Part shown: one piece after another, positions 11,431-25,079 of the stretch
Numbering within the stretch: the stretch's first letter is position 1
Layout of the letters: the number at the start of each line of letters is the position of its first letter
Origin: Azolla caroliniana
Taxonomy: Eukaryota > Plantae > Polypodiophyta
Reading direction: 5' to 3'
Assembly: GCA_043228905.1 (NCBI GenBank)
Contig: JBHGNT010000010.1
Coordinates: 2,294,001 to 2,358,000, forward strand
DNA: 64,000 nucleotides
Notes under the pieces: generated by a model
What the model was told of the DNA's origin: nothing
Databases searched by the model: none
What the model saw: the letters and a program-made list of their open reading frames with translations, nothing else
Position numbers and translations under genes: made by a program

Positions 11431-12199
11431 TATCATCAACATTAACGTTGGTAACAAAATGGAACAAACCCTAAAACATCAAACACCAACAAAACAACCA
11501 TACCTACTTACCTACGCATGCATGCACATACTTACACACACACACACATGAATCCTCAAATGTCCCTATTTTAGAAAGGATTGCACTAATTGGACATCAT
11601 ACATCCCATCCCCCTCCTCATAGTTATTGAGTTAAAAAACAACCCCCATTATAATAATCACTTTCAACAAACTCTAATCTCCATAACTTCAATGCACCTT
11701 TCCCCCTCCTCAAGTGAGAAACAAAAATGTAACCTGAATTGCTATTGAATACACGTTAGTGCGAGGTCTCTAAAACAAAAACACAAGAACAAAAGGAAAG
11801 GAAAATATAAAACTCTTCCAAAATTTCCCTCAACATCAACAACAAGATTAATTGTTCTAGACTCTTTATTATGTTTAGTTATCATGCTTTTGTTATATGC
11901 AAATGATGTGGTGCTTTCTATGAATACTTTAGAAGGTGTCCAAAAGATTATGAGTGTATTGGAAAACTTTGTATGCATAATAAGCCAAGTGTGAATAGCT
12001 CTAAAAAGAAGGTTATGCTTGTGAAGACTCAAAATTAAGGTAAACCACGCGTAGTGTATAATAACAAGTCACTTGAAGTCGTATAAAGATCCAAATATAT
12101 TACGCGGGAGGTTCCCTCCAATTGTAGATGAAATGAATGTACTGCCCACTATTTAGAAGTGGGAAAGAGGTCTAATACATTGAAAAACATATGCAACAT

Positions 12200-13150
12200 T
12201 TGGTGAAAAAGTAGAACATTGGGTTCTCAAGAAATAGATCATTCATATGTTGGCCATGTCATTGGTCTTTCCCTATGGTATTGAAGTATGGTATGATATT
12301 ATCCTTAAGTTTACTTGGAAAGAGTTTCTAAATGTTTGAAAGGCTTTCTAAATTCTTATAGAAATGGTTTAAGTAAGCCATAAATACCATACATGCTTAT
12401 GATTCTTGAGATCGTATGGTTTCCTTTTGAGATCATGGCAATCAAAAGGCTTATCTAGTATAAGTTCAAAAAAATCCCTCAAACTTCCTAAGCTCATATG
12501 AGAAGCAAGTGAAGAGATTCAAACAAAACACAAAAGCAAAATTTTGGGTTCTCGATGAAAATAGAATATGAAGAAATAGTTTTGTTAAAAAGGGTTGCAT
12601 CAACTTGGTTCGTACTGCGTCATTAGGTTCCTCCATGGATGAGGTTTTTTTGCAACACCAAAGTATCACAACTCGGGGAAGGTGTGGAGGCTCATGTTTC
12701 ACACATTACATTGTGACTACAAAGCTAGCTTCTTCTTCGAATAGGGAAACCACACCGATGCATGTTTGAACCCATCCTTTTGTCTATCATCCAAACCATT
12801 GTTCTAGTATATGGCTAACATTTTCATCAATGTGAAATGGAGTATTTGGGGTATAGGTGAGAAGACTCAATTATGATGCGTATTTTGCACTAAACAAACA
12901 CAAGAATAAGAGTATCACACTTTGATTCAATATAGTGCATTGGACCACATTTGAGTTTGCTTTCTTCGCATTGTCAATCTTATCGACTCCCTACACACAT
13001 ATATTTATCTCACAATCCCAACAGGCACTCTCCACTGCAATATTTATTAGTAAATTTCTTGAGCATCATGACTCACTACTCAATTCCACATATATACTAT
13101 GTCAAAATGATTCGTTTATTGGTCATATTTGATGTTTGAGGATGGTAATA
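12200..13150 (+). mobile_element. Older degenerate copy of the same RTE-like LINE
   Basis: Colinear similarity to 10270-11240, e.g. CTATGG.TTGAAGTATGG, GATGAGGTTTTTTTG and GGTCATATTTGA. Confidence 0.7.
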
Positions 13151-13304
13151 AAGTCTTTTGGTCATATTTGAGCTTTTGTTATATAGGGAGTGCCATGGGC
13201 AACGAGAGTTATGTTTTGGCCACCGAAGTTGCGGCGTGGGCAAATAACATACCGAAACGATCCTCTTTGTCCATGGTGATGAGAGAGTGCATTTTTGGCC
13301 GCCC

Positions 13305-13351
<47 letters not shown>

Positions 13352-13357
13352 TACATA

Positions 13358-14294
13358 CATGGATTGAGCCATGCGTGATATTCTTGAGATTCGACATCCG
13401 TAATATTCGTGGTATTCGAGAATAGAAAATGGCCCTAAGAATATTATAAAACCATTCGTTTACATATACATATACACACATACATACATACACATACATA
13501 TATACACACATACACAAACATATATATACATATACACACACATACATAGATACATATATACACATACATAGATACATATACACACATACATAGATACATA
13601 TACACACACATACATAGATACATATATACACATACATAGATACATATACACACACATACATATATGTGTACACAGACATACATCAATAATTAATTAACTC
13701 ATTAATATAATGATTAATTTACTATTAACTAATTAATTCACTTAAACATTAATTGATTCACTAATACATTAATTAATTTACAAATACATATCTTAATTCA
13801 TTAACACATTAATTAATTCATTGGAAAATATTAGTTAATTAATTAATAATCAATTAATGCATTAATAATTAATTAATTAGGGCTTTGGCAAAACTTAGGG
13901 TTTCAGTGAAACTCTGAATTTGTAGCGGACAACAGGATGTAGGATTAGGTAGAGCATGAGAGGGAGTCGATGACGCAGGCCGAAAAGAAGAAATTTTGTC
14001 GAAATTAGGATTATGACAGAAATTAGGGTTTTCTGTCGAAACCCTAATTTCTGGCCGAGAACAGGATATAGAGGGAAGCGAGGGTGTAAGTAGCACGCAG
14101 AGGGAGTAGGGTGAGGCGTCTTTGCTTCCTGTTGGCCACTGTTCACTCGCTCGTAAATAAAACACAATTTTTTTATTTTTTTATTTTATTTTTTTCAAAA
14201 AAAAGAAGAAAACGAATATATTTACGTGTATTCGTATTCCTATTCGTATGGATTCGTGGGGCAGGCCCCACGAATGCGAATATTTCAATCTATG
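13358..14294. mobile_element. Non-autonomous hAT-type element (family 1)
   Basis: TIRs CATGGATTGA/TCAATCTATG, 8-bp TSD CATACATA. Both ends shared with 50173-50760. Confidence 0.8.
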
Positions 14295-16989
14295 CATACA
14301 TACATACATACATACATACAAAGCACAAGAAATATACTCTGTTTCTTACACACATCCATACAAAGCACAAGAAATATACTCTGTTTTTTACACACTAGAA
14401 ATATACTCTGTTTCTTCTTCTTCTTCTTCTTCTTCTTCTCTCTCTCTCTCTCTCTAAGTAGAGAGGGGGGGGGGGGGGGGGGGCGCTTATTCAAGCATAT
14501 CGAACAACGAAGATTTCTCAGTAACTCTCTCTCTCTCTCTCTCTCTCTCTGATCTGTTTCTTCTTTCCTTGAATAGCAATCAGAAAATGATGATTCCTTT
14601 ACGTTGAGCTCTCAGTTCCATCCCGTCACACAATGCCGATCCTCTCTTCTATGCTGACCGAGATCGTGATCCCGCTTGTCTGCATTCATCGGCATTGTGT
14701 TCGCACTCCTGCAGTGGTACTTCGTCTCATTCGTCCCCGTTTCCATCACTGCCTCTTCTTCCTCCGTTTCAAATTTTCCCGACAACGATGGTAGTGGAGG
14801 TTATCTCCTTGAAGAAGGGCCCGATGGCCCCGACACTGTCCTTAAGTATGCAGAGATTCAAGAGGCCATATCTTTAGGTATGCTAATTTTCCATCACCCC
14901 GTGACTTTCTCATACAGTTTTATGAAGGCTCATGTATCTCAGTTCCCAAAGCATTTGCAATTGATTCAAATTATAACGAACTAAAACATCTTCTCACTAG
15001 CTACGCTCTCACTTCAAACCACTTGCAGGTGCCAACTCTTTTCTTCTCACAGAGTACCAATATATGGGGATTTTCCTTAGCGCTTTTGCAGTTATCATAT
15101 TTGTTTTCCTGGGATCTGTGGAGAATTTCAGTTTGGAGCCTCAGGCTTGTGTATATGATACATCAGCAACATGCGCCCCAGCTCTTATAACTGCAGCTTT
15201 CACAACTGCTGCTTTTGTTCTCGGAGTACTCACTTCTGTGTTATCTGGATATCTTGGTATGAGAATTGCCACCTATGCAAACGCACGTACAACCCTTGAA
15301 GCTAGGAAAGGTGTATGAAAAGCTTTCATAACTGCCTTTTGATCCGGAGCGGTTATGGATTTTCTTCTTGCTGCGAATGGGCTTCTTGTGCTCTATATTG
15401 CCATCAATCTTTTTCAACTTTACTATGGTATGGAGTGGGAAGGTCTTTTCAAAGCGATTACTGGCTATGGACTTGGGGGTTCATCAGTCGCACTCTTTGG
15501 ACAAGTAGGTGGCAGAATTTACACAAAGGCAGCTGATGTGGGTGCCGATCTTGTCGGAAAAGTTGAGAGAAATATCCCCGAGGATGATCCCAGAAATCCT
15601 GCGGTAATATGCTCATGGAATAAAATAACTCTGCAATACCCTCAAGTTTTTCGATATTTTTACCTTGGTCAACCCCTGAAAGCAAGAACTTTGGGATTAC
15701 TTATTTGATCAGATAAATTTTCTGCTCAAGAGGGGTTGACCAATGGCAGTTCAGAAAATAATGAGAACGTAGGTACATTTGGGGAAACAAAGGTAAACAC
15801 AGGTTGTTTTTGAGTTTCCAATCCTCATTTATCATTCATTGAATTCAAGCATCATGTTATCCATGCTTTGCCAATTCAAAAAAGCAATTGCTGCTTGATA
15901 GAGAAATTTGAAGATCACCCTTGTAATGATTTGGATTGCATGTCTTGTGGTTTGCTTTTACTCCCTATTTAGGTAATTGCGGATAATGTTGGTGACAATG
16001 TGAGCGATATAGCAGGAATGGGATCTGATTTATTCGGATCTTTTGCCGAGTCTTCATGTGCTGCTTTGGTTGTGGCTTCCATCTCCTCCTTTGGAACAAC
16101 TCATGATTTTACTGCCATGTGTTTTCCACTTCTGATCAGTTCTATGGGTATTCTTGTGTGCTTGGTCACAACATTGTTTGCTACTGATTTCTATGAGATC
16201 GATGATGTGAAGCAAATTGAGCCAGCATTGAAGAGACAATTGATAATCTCGACCGTGTTGATGACGCTTGGCATTCTCCTTGTGTGCTATCTAGCTCTAC
16301 CAACATCATTCCACATTTATAATCTTGGAAATACACCAAGGCTTGTGCAGTGGTGGTATATGTTCTCTCCTGTTTTCTTATATACTACCATGAGATGTCT
16401 CTAATTTATTTACCTTTTATTCCTCATTGTCATTAAATGTGGATCTTTTCCAGGGAGCTCTTTTTCTGTGTTGCGGTTGGGCTATGGGCCGGCCTCATTA
16501 TTGGATACACAACAGAATACTTCACTAGTAATGCGTATAGGTAAGTTCTCGTGATGTCTCATTGTGGGAATGTTTCAATGTGAATTGAAATTAGATAGAG
16601 TTTAATAAGACTCTTCTCATTTGTTTACAGCCCCGTGCAAGATGTTGCTGATTCCTGTAGGACAGGAGCTGCAACAAATGTTATTTTTGGTTTAGCGCTT
16701 AGTTATAAGTCTGTTATAATTCCTATTTTTGCGATAACGATCACTATCTATGTGAGCTTTGCATTAGCAGTCTTCTATGGAATTGCTGTAGCAGCTTTAG
16801 GGATGCTTAGCACCATTGCTACAGGTCTGGCAATTGATGCATATGGGCCAATCAGTGATAATGCAGGTGGCATTGCCGAGATGGCTGGAATGAGTCACCA
16901 TATTCATGAACGTACTGATGCCCTTGATGCTGCCGGCAATACCACTGCTGCATTTGGAAAGGTAAATGTTAGTATGTTATCTGTTGAGG

Positions 16990-17180
16990 CATGGGTTTTA
17001 GGGTGAGAACACCAAAATACTTCCTGAGGCTTCAAATATGGCAAGAATACAGCCATAGGGGCTTTCAAAAATTTACTACCATAGGGTTTTAGGGTGAGAA
17101 CACCAAAATACTTCTTGAGGCTTCAAATATGGCAAGAATACAGCCATAGGGGCTTTCAAAAATTTATTACCATAGGGTTT
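16990..17180. repeat. 91-bp tandem duplication at the start of PPase intron 5
   Basis: GGGTGAGAACACCAAAATACTTC at 17001 and 17092. Confidence 0.9.
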
Positions 17181-17686
17181 TTTTGGCAAAGTTTCCAAAC
17201 TTAGGTGTAATCTGATCAATATCCAGAAAGTTTGGGGTATTTTGGTGTTTTGACCAGTTTTTATTGTAAGGAATATTGATTGAGCGAAGTCATTGGTGAA
17301 GTCCCTGAGAAAATATTTTAATAATATTCCCTTATACTCATCAGGCAGTGGAACAAACCAATATTGTTGATCAAACCAAGCCAATCAAATAGATTGTCTC
17401 ACAACTTGCCATTGATAGGGAACAGGGGTTGCTAATCCCTACCATGCATTGCTCCAGCTGGAAGGGGGGGAGAGGTCTAAGGCACCAGCACCCCTCGAGT
17501 TAAGGGTGGACCTCCCAAGGATATATTTCAGTAATATTTCCCCTATACTCATAGGGTAGTGGGAAGAACCGAGACTGTTGACCAGAGCAAGCCAAGCAAA
17601 TAGATTCTCTCAAAACTTGCCGTTAAAACTTAATAGGCGAACAATGATTGGTAAACTATACAGATAGTGGAAACTTATGTGTCTAC

Positions 17687-18105
17687 TGTTGTTCTCTGAC
17701 CGGACAAGGCCTAACACAAGGTGTCGCGGAGACACTTCACCAAAGGGTGATTACGGCATAGGATTATGACTCAACGATTACACCGACTTAAGTAGGTTAC
17801 ACGATTAGAGCACTTTTGTTAATTACACGCGTAAGATATAACAGTAATTACAGAACGGAAATCAACACAGAAGTATAAACACTATACGCTCTATTAATTA
17901 TCCGCTGCGATTACGATGGGGTCCGGGCCTTTAAATAGGTTTCCGGCCCGTAGTACAAAACGGTGCCTATCGCACCTATTCGGGATCCGTCCGGATCTGG
18001 AACGGCATACCGTTTCCAGTCCGTCCGTCCACACTATGCTTATTTACAACCATACTTAATTAATTCCTTCACTCCGTATTTTGGACTCCTTGCCGGCCGG
18101 TAACA
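17687..18105. mobile_element. Solo LTR (419 bp) in PPase intron 5
   Basis: TGTT...AACA termini with a perfect 5-bp TSD TCTAC (17682-17686 and 18106-18110). CpG-rich relative to its flanks. Confidence 0.88.
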
Positions 18106-18110
18106 TCTAC

Positions 18111-19250
18111 CCACCAAGCACATGCTACATGATGATTGAGGTAGGAACCTTGAGTTATATGGGAATCTTTGCAATAGTTTGAAAGATTATTTGTAATGGG
18201 TCCTCATTGAATGTTGATGGTGCTACACCACGATGCCTTTGTATTCTTCACAACATATCGATGGCCTCTTGTGAAGGTTTTCAAGAATCATACCCTCTTT
18301 CTTGTTGGACATATGTCAAGATACTCCACTACCTAAGATCTAGGAACTTACGTGCAAGTAGTAAGACATACATATCTCTTTCATGACAACCCATAGCTTA
18401 AGTGTCACTTAATCATGGTCGGCTGACTTCACGGTCCTATTTTCTCATCTGCGGTCCATTTTTTGGCAGTCTTTGATGGAATGACACTTCTTGTCACACT
18501 CATAAGAATCTCCATTTAGCTTCTTTGGCTTCATCTTCAACACATTTGAAGAGGCCAATGCGTTGTCCTTTCAGTTTGCCACAAATGCAACATAACTTGC
18601 ACTTTCTCTTGTCTTCAATTATACCTCCCCTCACAGCATTGCACTCAATTCCTCGAAAGTGAGAGTCAAATGAGCTTGAATGTTGCGTGCCATCATGTAG
18701 CCATCATACTTTGCCAGAAGTACCTGAACTCAGGGTTGTGGCAAGTCTTTGGGAGAAATAGCCACACCAATGGGAGCTAACTGATTTTGGAGATCCTTAA
18801 TCTTCTTGATAAAGGTCTATAAGTTCCCCTTCATCTCCTGGTCTCTCAGCTATAAGTTGATTCTCCAGATTCTGGATCTTTGTATAGTTCTTGGTACTAA
18901 TATTGGCGAGCCAATATGCTCCATGCTTGATGTTTTTTAGTGATGTGTTGAACTAAGATAAGAACAAAATCACTCACAGCTATGACTATGGCACACAATG
19001 CATCTACATTTCTACACTTCTACGCTCAGTCCATCCATGACATGTGTAACAGCTTATTGGAAACCCAATCATAGAGAATTTGAACTTCCATAGAGTATAG
19101 TTCACTCCATTAATTTGCTTTCAGTGGGGGCGAGTAGATGAATGCACCGATACCCTAATTCGTAAACCATCAACCCCCATTGTGATAGGGAGTTGCTTAC
19201 AACCATCTACATTCAAACACATCCTCACCAGCATTCAAACCAGAATGCAC
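18111..19250 (-). mobile_element. Highly degenerate LTR-retrotransposon (copia-like gag) remnant
   Basis: Eroded Cys-rich knuckle-like segment at about 18560-18610 on the minus strand; no intact ORF. Confidence 0.3.
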
Positions 19251-22200
19251 CAATAACTTCTCACATGGGGGCCATTCAAAAGTGCAATGTAACATGTTAT
19301 GTTAGTAAGTTGCTAATCGGAGGTGATCATTGAGTATATTCCAACATTTTTATTGCTTGCAATTGTCCATGTATGGGCACATTTAAAAGCACTACTCATT
19401 GTTGAAACTGGCATTTGTGAAAGAAAATTTAAGTTAATTGTATTCCGTGTATGAACTTCAATTTTCTAAGTCAACAGAGATTTTGTAGCCAAAGAAGTAT
19501 GATTGAGCGTCTTTAGAGATGTTTATATTTAATTTCATCGTTTCTTCACTGTATTAATATATTTCATATATTGCAATGGTTTTGGAAAACTTACTTCTGT
19601 GCCCATATGCATTTGCCATATGGTTCACGCATGATGTGCAAAGGAAATTTCTAATCCAACGCTTCTTACTGATGATCAAGTATCAAGGAAATGATCATAT
19701 TTGCTAGTGCCTTCCAGGGATTTGCAATCGGCTCCGCTGCTCTGGTGTCATTGGCTTTATTTGGAGCTTATGTGAGCCGTGTGTCACTATCCTCAGTGGA
19801 TATTTTGTCTGCCAGGGTGTTCATTGGATTGATTGTTGGAGCTATGTTACCATATTGGTTCTCAGCTATGACAATGAAGAGTGTAGGTAAGGCTGCTTTG
19901 AGCATGGTGGAAGAGGTCCATAGGCAGTTCAACACCATTCCTGGCTTAATGGAAGGTATAACAAAACCAGATTATGCCACATGTATGAAGATATCAACTG
20001 ATGCCTCCCTAAAGGAGATGATACCACCTGGTGCCCTGGTCATGTTGACACCTCTTATTGTTGGTATCTTGTTTGGTGTGGAAACTCTAGCTGGGGTCTT
20101 AGCTGGTGCGCTGGTCTCTGGTGTACAGGTTTGTCCACGTAATCCAAGTGTGTTAAAAACTGTTTACGTTTCATTTGATATGAAAGATGAGATCAAAACA
20201 TTGGTGTGTTAACCAGATGCTTTAAATTATTCAATTCATTGTTGGCAGTTTACCAACTGCATTAAATGATTCAATTAATTGTGTCAAAGTTAGGATGAGA
20301 TGAAATGATTGATGTGGTATCCATTTGATGTGGAAATTTGAGATCAAATGATTGATGTGTGTGTGATTTGAGTTTCCATCATGTTTCAGATTGCGATCTC
20401 GGCTTCTAATACTGGCAGTGCATGGGACAATGCCAAGAAGTATATTGAGGTGAAATCTTCTGTCTTTTAACCAATTCACATTGAAATCAATGTGGTGTAT
20501 TTAGCTTAAACATCAAAATACCCTTAACTTTTTGAGTATTTACCAGAATAACCGCACGTTTAAAAAACAGACCAGAATACTCTTCACTGATTCAAAATGT
20601 AGTATACAGGGGTAATTTGGTAAATTATGATATTTTGGTTAATATCCATCAAGTTCAACGTGTTTTGATGTTTTTGCCCTTTGTATTTACCTGTAATCTT
20701 ATGTGAAATGTTCTATAAAATGTTGTAGGCTGGGGCATCTGAACATGCACGGTCTCTGGGGCCAAAGGGCTCAGATGTGCACAACGCCGCAGTGATCGGT
20801 GATACGGTGGGAGACCCCCTTAAGGATACATCTGGTCCTTCCCTAAACATCCTTATTAACCTCATGGCTGTGGAATCGCTCATATTTGCACCATTTTTTG
20901 CAGCTCATGGAGGTTGTTCAGGATCTAGAAGTTGAAAATTTTTAAATGAGAATCTATTTGTTCATTCATATCATTATTGAAGATATAGATGGCATTTTGC
21001 TTGATCATTGGTTGAAGTTGTTAGCTTGTTTGGTGTATGTAATTATCGGGGAACGTCGTAGGATTTTTTTTTATGAGACCTTATCGTTGGTGCCTTTTTT
21101 CCTGTCTTTTGCTAATGCTAGTTCAAACTGAACCGTTGTCGATTGTTACTAACGGGGGTCACATCCTCCTTTGGAAGATCTCTGTCAATCCATTGAGCTA
21201 CCTTGATCTAAAACAGAATAACCAAGCTATTCAACTTCTGTTTGGTCAAATCCGTATTTTTCGAGCTTTGCTTACATACCATGGACAGTCTTTCGGGGAC
21301 AAGAGGATGTGAAAATTGTATTGCTTATATTTGGAGAATATTAGGATGTTGACAAGATAGCATATCATAAACAGATCCAAATAATTAAAAGATGACATTT
21401 ATAAGTGTCAAAATCTAGTGGGGGCATTGGTCAGTTGGAAAGGCACTACAACATTCAAAATGTTTGTACCGAGTTTGAAACATGAATTTCTGTTCATCTT
21501 CGGATCGGATGTGAACAAGACTATATGCACCTTGTATGTCGATTTTGGTGAATCTTATAGTGGAGCAAGCTGATAAATCAAGTTACCAATAAGGGAAAGT
21601 GGGTATCAATTTTTAATGGTAATGCAATTCAATCAGCTATTTTGCACACAATCAAAGTTTGTCATCCTTTTTCTTCAAAGAGAGTATAGCCATGTTGTCA
21701 GGTGATGTGGAGTGTTGAATGAAACCTTTCAGCGGATTCTCGATGAGGTAGTTTTAAAGTGTTTCTAGTTTGTTTAACTTCTAGATGGGTATGAAAGTGG
21801 AACTATAACCTTCTTGAAGATTGACTGCATAGTCGTAAGGTCTCTTTTCTACAAGCATATTTGTGTTCTTTTCAAAAATAGTAATATAATTTTGGGATCT
21901 TTAGAAGAAAGTGAGTGCTTTTCTCTGTGCTCTTTGGAATTGGATTCACAAAGGCCAAGCACATTTGATCATATTTGCTTGCATGGACTATGGTTGTTGC
22001 ATTGACAAATGTGATTATAAGAGAACTAGAATGGATCCTTGGAGTGGGTTGTCTAGGAACTTCATGCTCACAATGTTTCTTGAGATTGGAGATGTAGTGG
22101 ACTTGAGTTTCAAACTACAAGGAAGTCAAATGTGGCTATTCTAGTACTCTAGGACAACTCATTTTCTCCAATCAATCTTTGGATTGTGAATCTTGAACCA

Positions 22201-23737
22201 CAATCGATTGAGGACAATTGGATGCTTTTGGACCGTGGATTTTATTGAATGAATTTATGAAATAATGCAACCTAGGTCACCAAGAACTACACAAATTTTC
22301 TCCAACTCTATTTCTCCAAAGACATTAGGCCAATAACAGTGATTATAATAGATGTTGGAAACTCAACTTTTTCAAGCAGATTTTATGTGTCACGGAAACA
22401 TTTTGGTCCATGAAGCAAGAGTTGCCTTGTGAATCTAAGAGAGTAGGGGCAAAGACCCAATAACACATAGAGGTACTAAGTTCAAGTAGAGTCGCAAAAA
22501 TCCTACTAGCTGGATTGATGAAATGGAACCATTACTTTTAACTTTTAACCAACCCTACCAATTCTAGGTTCCTATTTTGGCTAGACCTAGTTGTTGAACA
22601 CTTCATCTAGATGGCTAAGAACATCAAACATATTTGATGGTCTATGGCTACAATGGTTGCAAGATGTGATTGGAAATTTAAGATCAAGATTATCACAAGC
22701 ACTTGGATAAAGTTATCGATGTCCCAAGCTACCACAATGTAGACATAAAAGGTTTTCCCTATGGCATTGGTTTTTAACTTCCATCATGGGTCCTTGATGA
22801 CATGCTATATTGATATCCAACTATAACTATATGGTAGTATTGCCACCAACACATATGTTTACTTTGATTTAGGACAAGACCATTGATGATGCTTGGAGTT
22901 GTCACACCATGCAACTTGATTTATTGCCTCGGTAAGTGATTAATGATCTTCATAAAATGTGAGAAGTTGATCCTTCACATCATTATGAAACCCTTGTCGA
23001 AATTGATATATTTATGCTTCTACGACCCAAGGGATTGTAGAAACCCAATTTCAAACTACCTATATTTTCAAAACCATTTTGAAATTACTTAGTAAACACA
23101 TCAAAAATACATATGATATAGGAGACCTTATCTTGAGTAATGACACAAACCAAGCTATCATTATACTAGTCATTAGAATTCCGCCTAACCCTACTCGTGT
23201 TGCATCAATTAGATATCAAGTGGTATGCATTTTTAGTACTAAACGAACTTGATTTAGGAATCCTTGAAATTGTGCTTAAGTACCAACAAACTTCACCTGA
23301 AGACTTTTTCTGGCAAACTTTGTTGCAAAGTTACTAGTGTCACTTCAAGTTGGTGAACTCTTTGATGTAATTCCTCATGTTGTGCGTTTTAGGCATTCAC
23401 TTGTAAATCCCCAAGAAGTCATGTTTATTTTCTTGCTCCAAGGCCATGAACTTGGTTATGAAGCATTCTTGATCGGTCAAACTTTGTATTATATTCCGGT
23501 TTAATTATTTGTTATGAGAAGATAGGACAAGAAGTTCCTCAAGAAAAAAGAATCAAGAAGAAGAGTTTATTTCGTATTCAATCTGTCAAGGCCATAACCG
23601 AGAACAAAATCAAATTGACAAACAAAATAAAAAGAGGGAAATAATGGAAGAATGTTAGGCCATAATTGAGAATAATATTAAATAAAAAAAGAGAATAAGA
23701 AGAAGGAATAAGAGGAGAATAACAAGGTGTTAACAAT

Positions 23738-24338
23738 TAGCAATGCGCCCGGTTTCAGGTCAAACTGAACCGAACAATTAAGCCATGGTTTAAAGGTTTA
23801 TAACTTCCAAAATAATTAAATGGTTTGGGTTTTAATTCGGTTTGGTTCTAAAACTAGGGTTTATTGGTTTATGGGTTTAAGTGGATTGGTTTAAAGGTTT
23901 ATAGGTTTTTGGGCTAATTTTCTTTATCCCTTAAATGTTTATGTAATTTAATGGTTTAATTAATGTTTTTATTGATTTAATTCACTTAACTTAAATGTCT
24001 ATTTAATCTAATGGTTTAATTCATGTGTAATTAATTAATTAAACATAAATGCTTATTTAATTTATTATATTTTTATTTATTTGATTTTTTAATTAGTTTG
24101 GCTTAAATGTGATTAGGTTTAAACTTTTTATTAAATGGCTCAGTTTGGTTTCAACTTTGCCTCAAACGGTTTTGGTTTAAATAGTTTGGTTTACCTTTTC
24201 TTAAATGGTTTGGTTTAATCGCTTGAAAGTTCATAAACTGTTTGGTTTGGTTTTTGTTTTATATAAATGGTTTGGTTTAGTTCGGTTTGGTTTCAAAGGC
24301 AAAGAAACCGAACTGAAACTAAATCGGACCCATTGCCA
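23738..24338 (+). mobile_element. hAT-type MITE (family 2)
   Basis: TIRs TAGCAATG/CATTGCCA, perfect 8-bp TSD TTAACAAT, subterminal AAACC/GGTTT repeats. Confidence 0.9.
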
Positions 24339-24419
24339 TTAACAATAACAAGATATATACAACTAGAATACGGGCTTGGTTTATACGGATTCAACAATAC
24401 TAGAACACATGTTTATATA

Positions 24420-25079
24420 TAGCGATGGGCTTGGTTCGGTTTCTGTTGGGTTTGGTTTCTTGGCCTTGAAACCAAACCAAACTATTTATGAAACCATTTA
24501 AACTGAACCGTTTAGAGACGAACCGTTTAACAAATAGGAGAAACCAAACCGTTTAAAACCAAATCATTTACGAAAAATTTAGAACCAAACCATATTTTAT
24601 TGATATTGATCATTATACTTATTATAAATTTGTGTGAGAAAATTATCATACTTATCATAAATTTGGTCATCATACTTATTATAAATTTGGTCATCATTCT
24701 TATGATAAATTTGGTCATCATACTTATCATAAATTTGATCATTATACTTATCATAAATTTGATCATTATAAATGAAAAGAGACTCTACATATAATGCATA
24801 TAAAATTTAATAAATTAAAACTAGGGTTTAAAATTAAAAGTTGAAAGTTAGAGCCTATATGAAAAATTTGGGAGTATTTTTTAACCTTTAAACCGAACCA
24901 CATAAATTGAAACCGATAAACCGTTAACCATAAAATTCAAAACCGAACCGAACTGAAACCAAACCGATTAGTAACATTTGAAACCAAACGAAACTATTTA
25001 TATATCTTCGAACCTATAAACCGTTAAGCCACGGTTTAACGGTTCTATTCAATTTGAGCCGAAACCGGGCCCATTGCTA
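24420..25079 (-). mobile_element. hAT-type MITE (family 2), inverted copy with an internal 24-bp minisatellite (about 24610-24770)
   Basis: TIRs TAGCGATGGG/CCCATTGCTA. Imperfect TSD TTTATATA/TAGATATA. TCATCATACTTATCATAAATTTGG repeats. Confidence 0.85.

Larger units (their letters stand above)
14633..20928 (+). pseudogene. AVP1: Type I vacuolar H+-translocating pyrophosphatase pseudogene. Exons 14633-14877, 15029-15603, 15973-16355, 16454-16540, 16631-16961, 19718-20128, 20390-20449, 20729-20928
   Basis: Motifs [50 protein letters not shown] and [14 protein letters not shown], with GT-AG introns. Disablements: +1 frameshift at about 14675, in-frame TGA at 15316 and 15340, frameshift near the C-terminus. 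Confidence 0.92.

Noticed and set aside
13097-13686. Long MCVY-rich ORFs
   Set aside because: Translations of (CA)n/(TACA)n microsatellites.
15316-15342. Stop-codon readthrough or U-to-C editing rescuing the PPase
   Set aside because: One stop derives from GGA and cannot be fixed by U-to-C editing, such editing is organellar, and frameshifts are also present.
21700-23480. Possible decayed TE coding remnants here and at about 32400-34700 and 40600-43500
   Set aside because: Too degenerate to assign by eye; needs a profile search.
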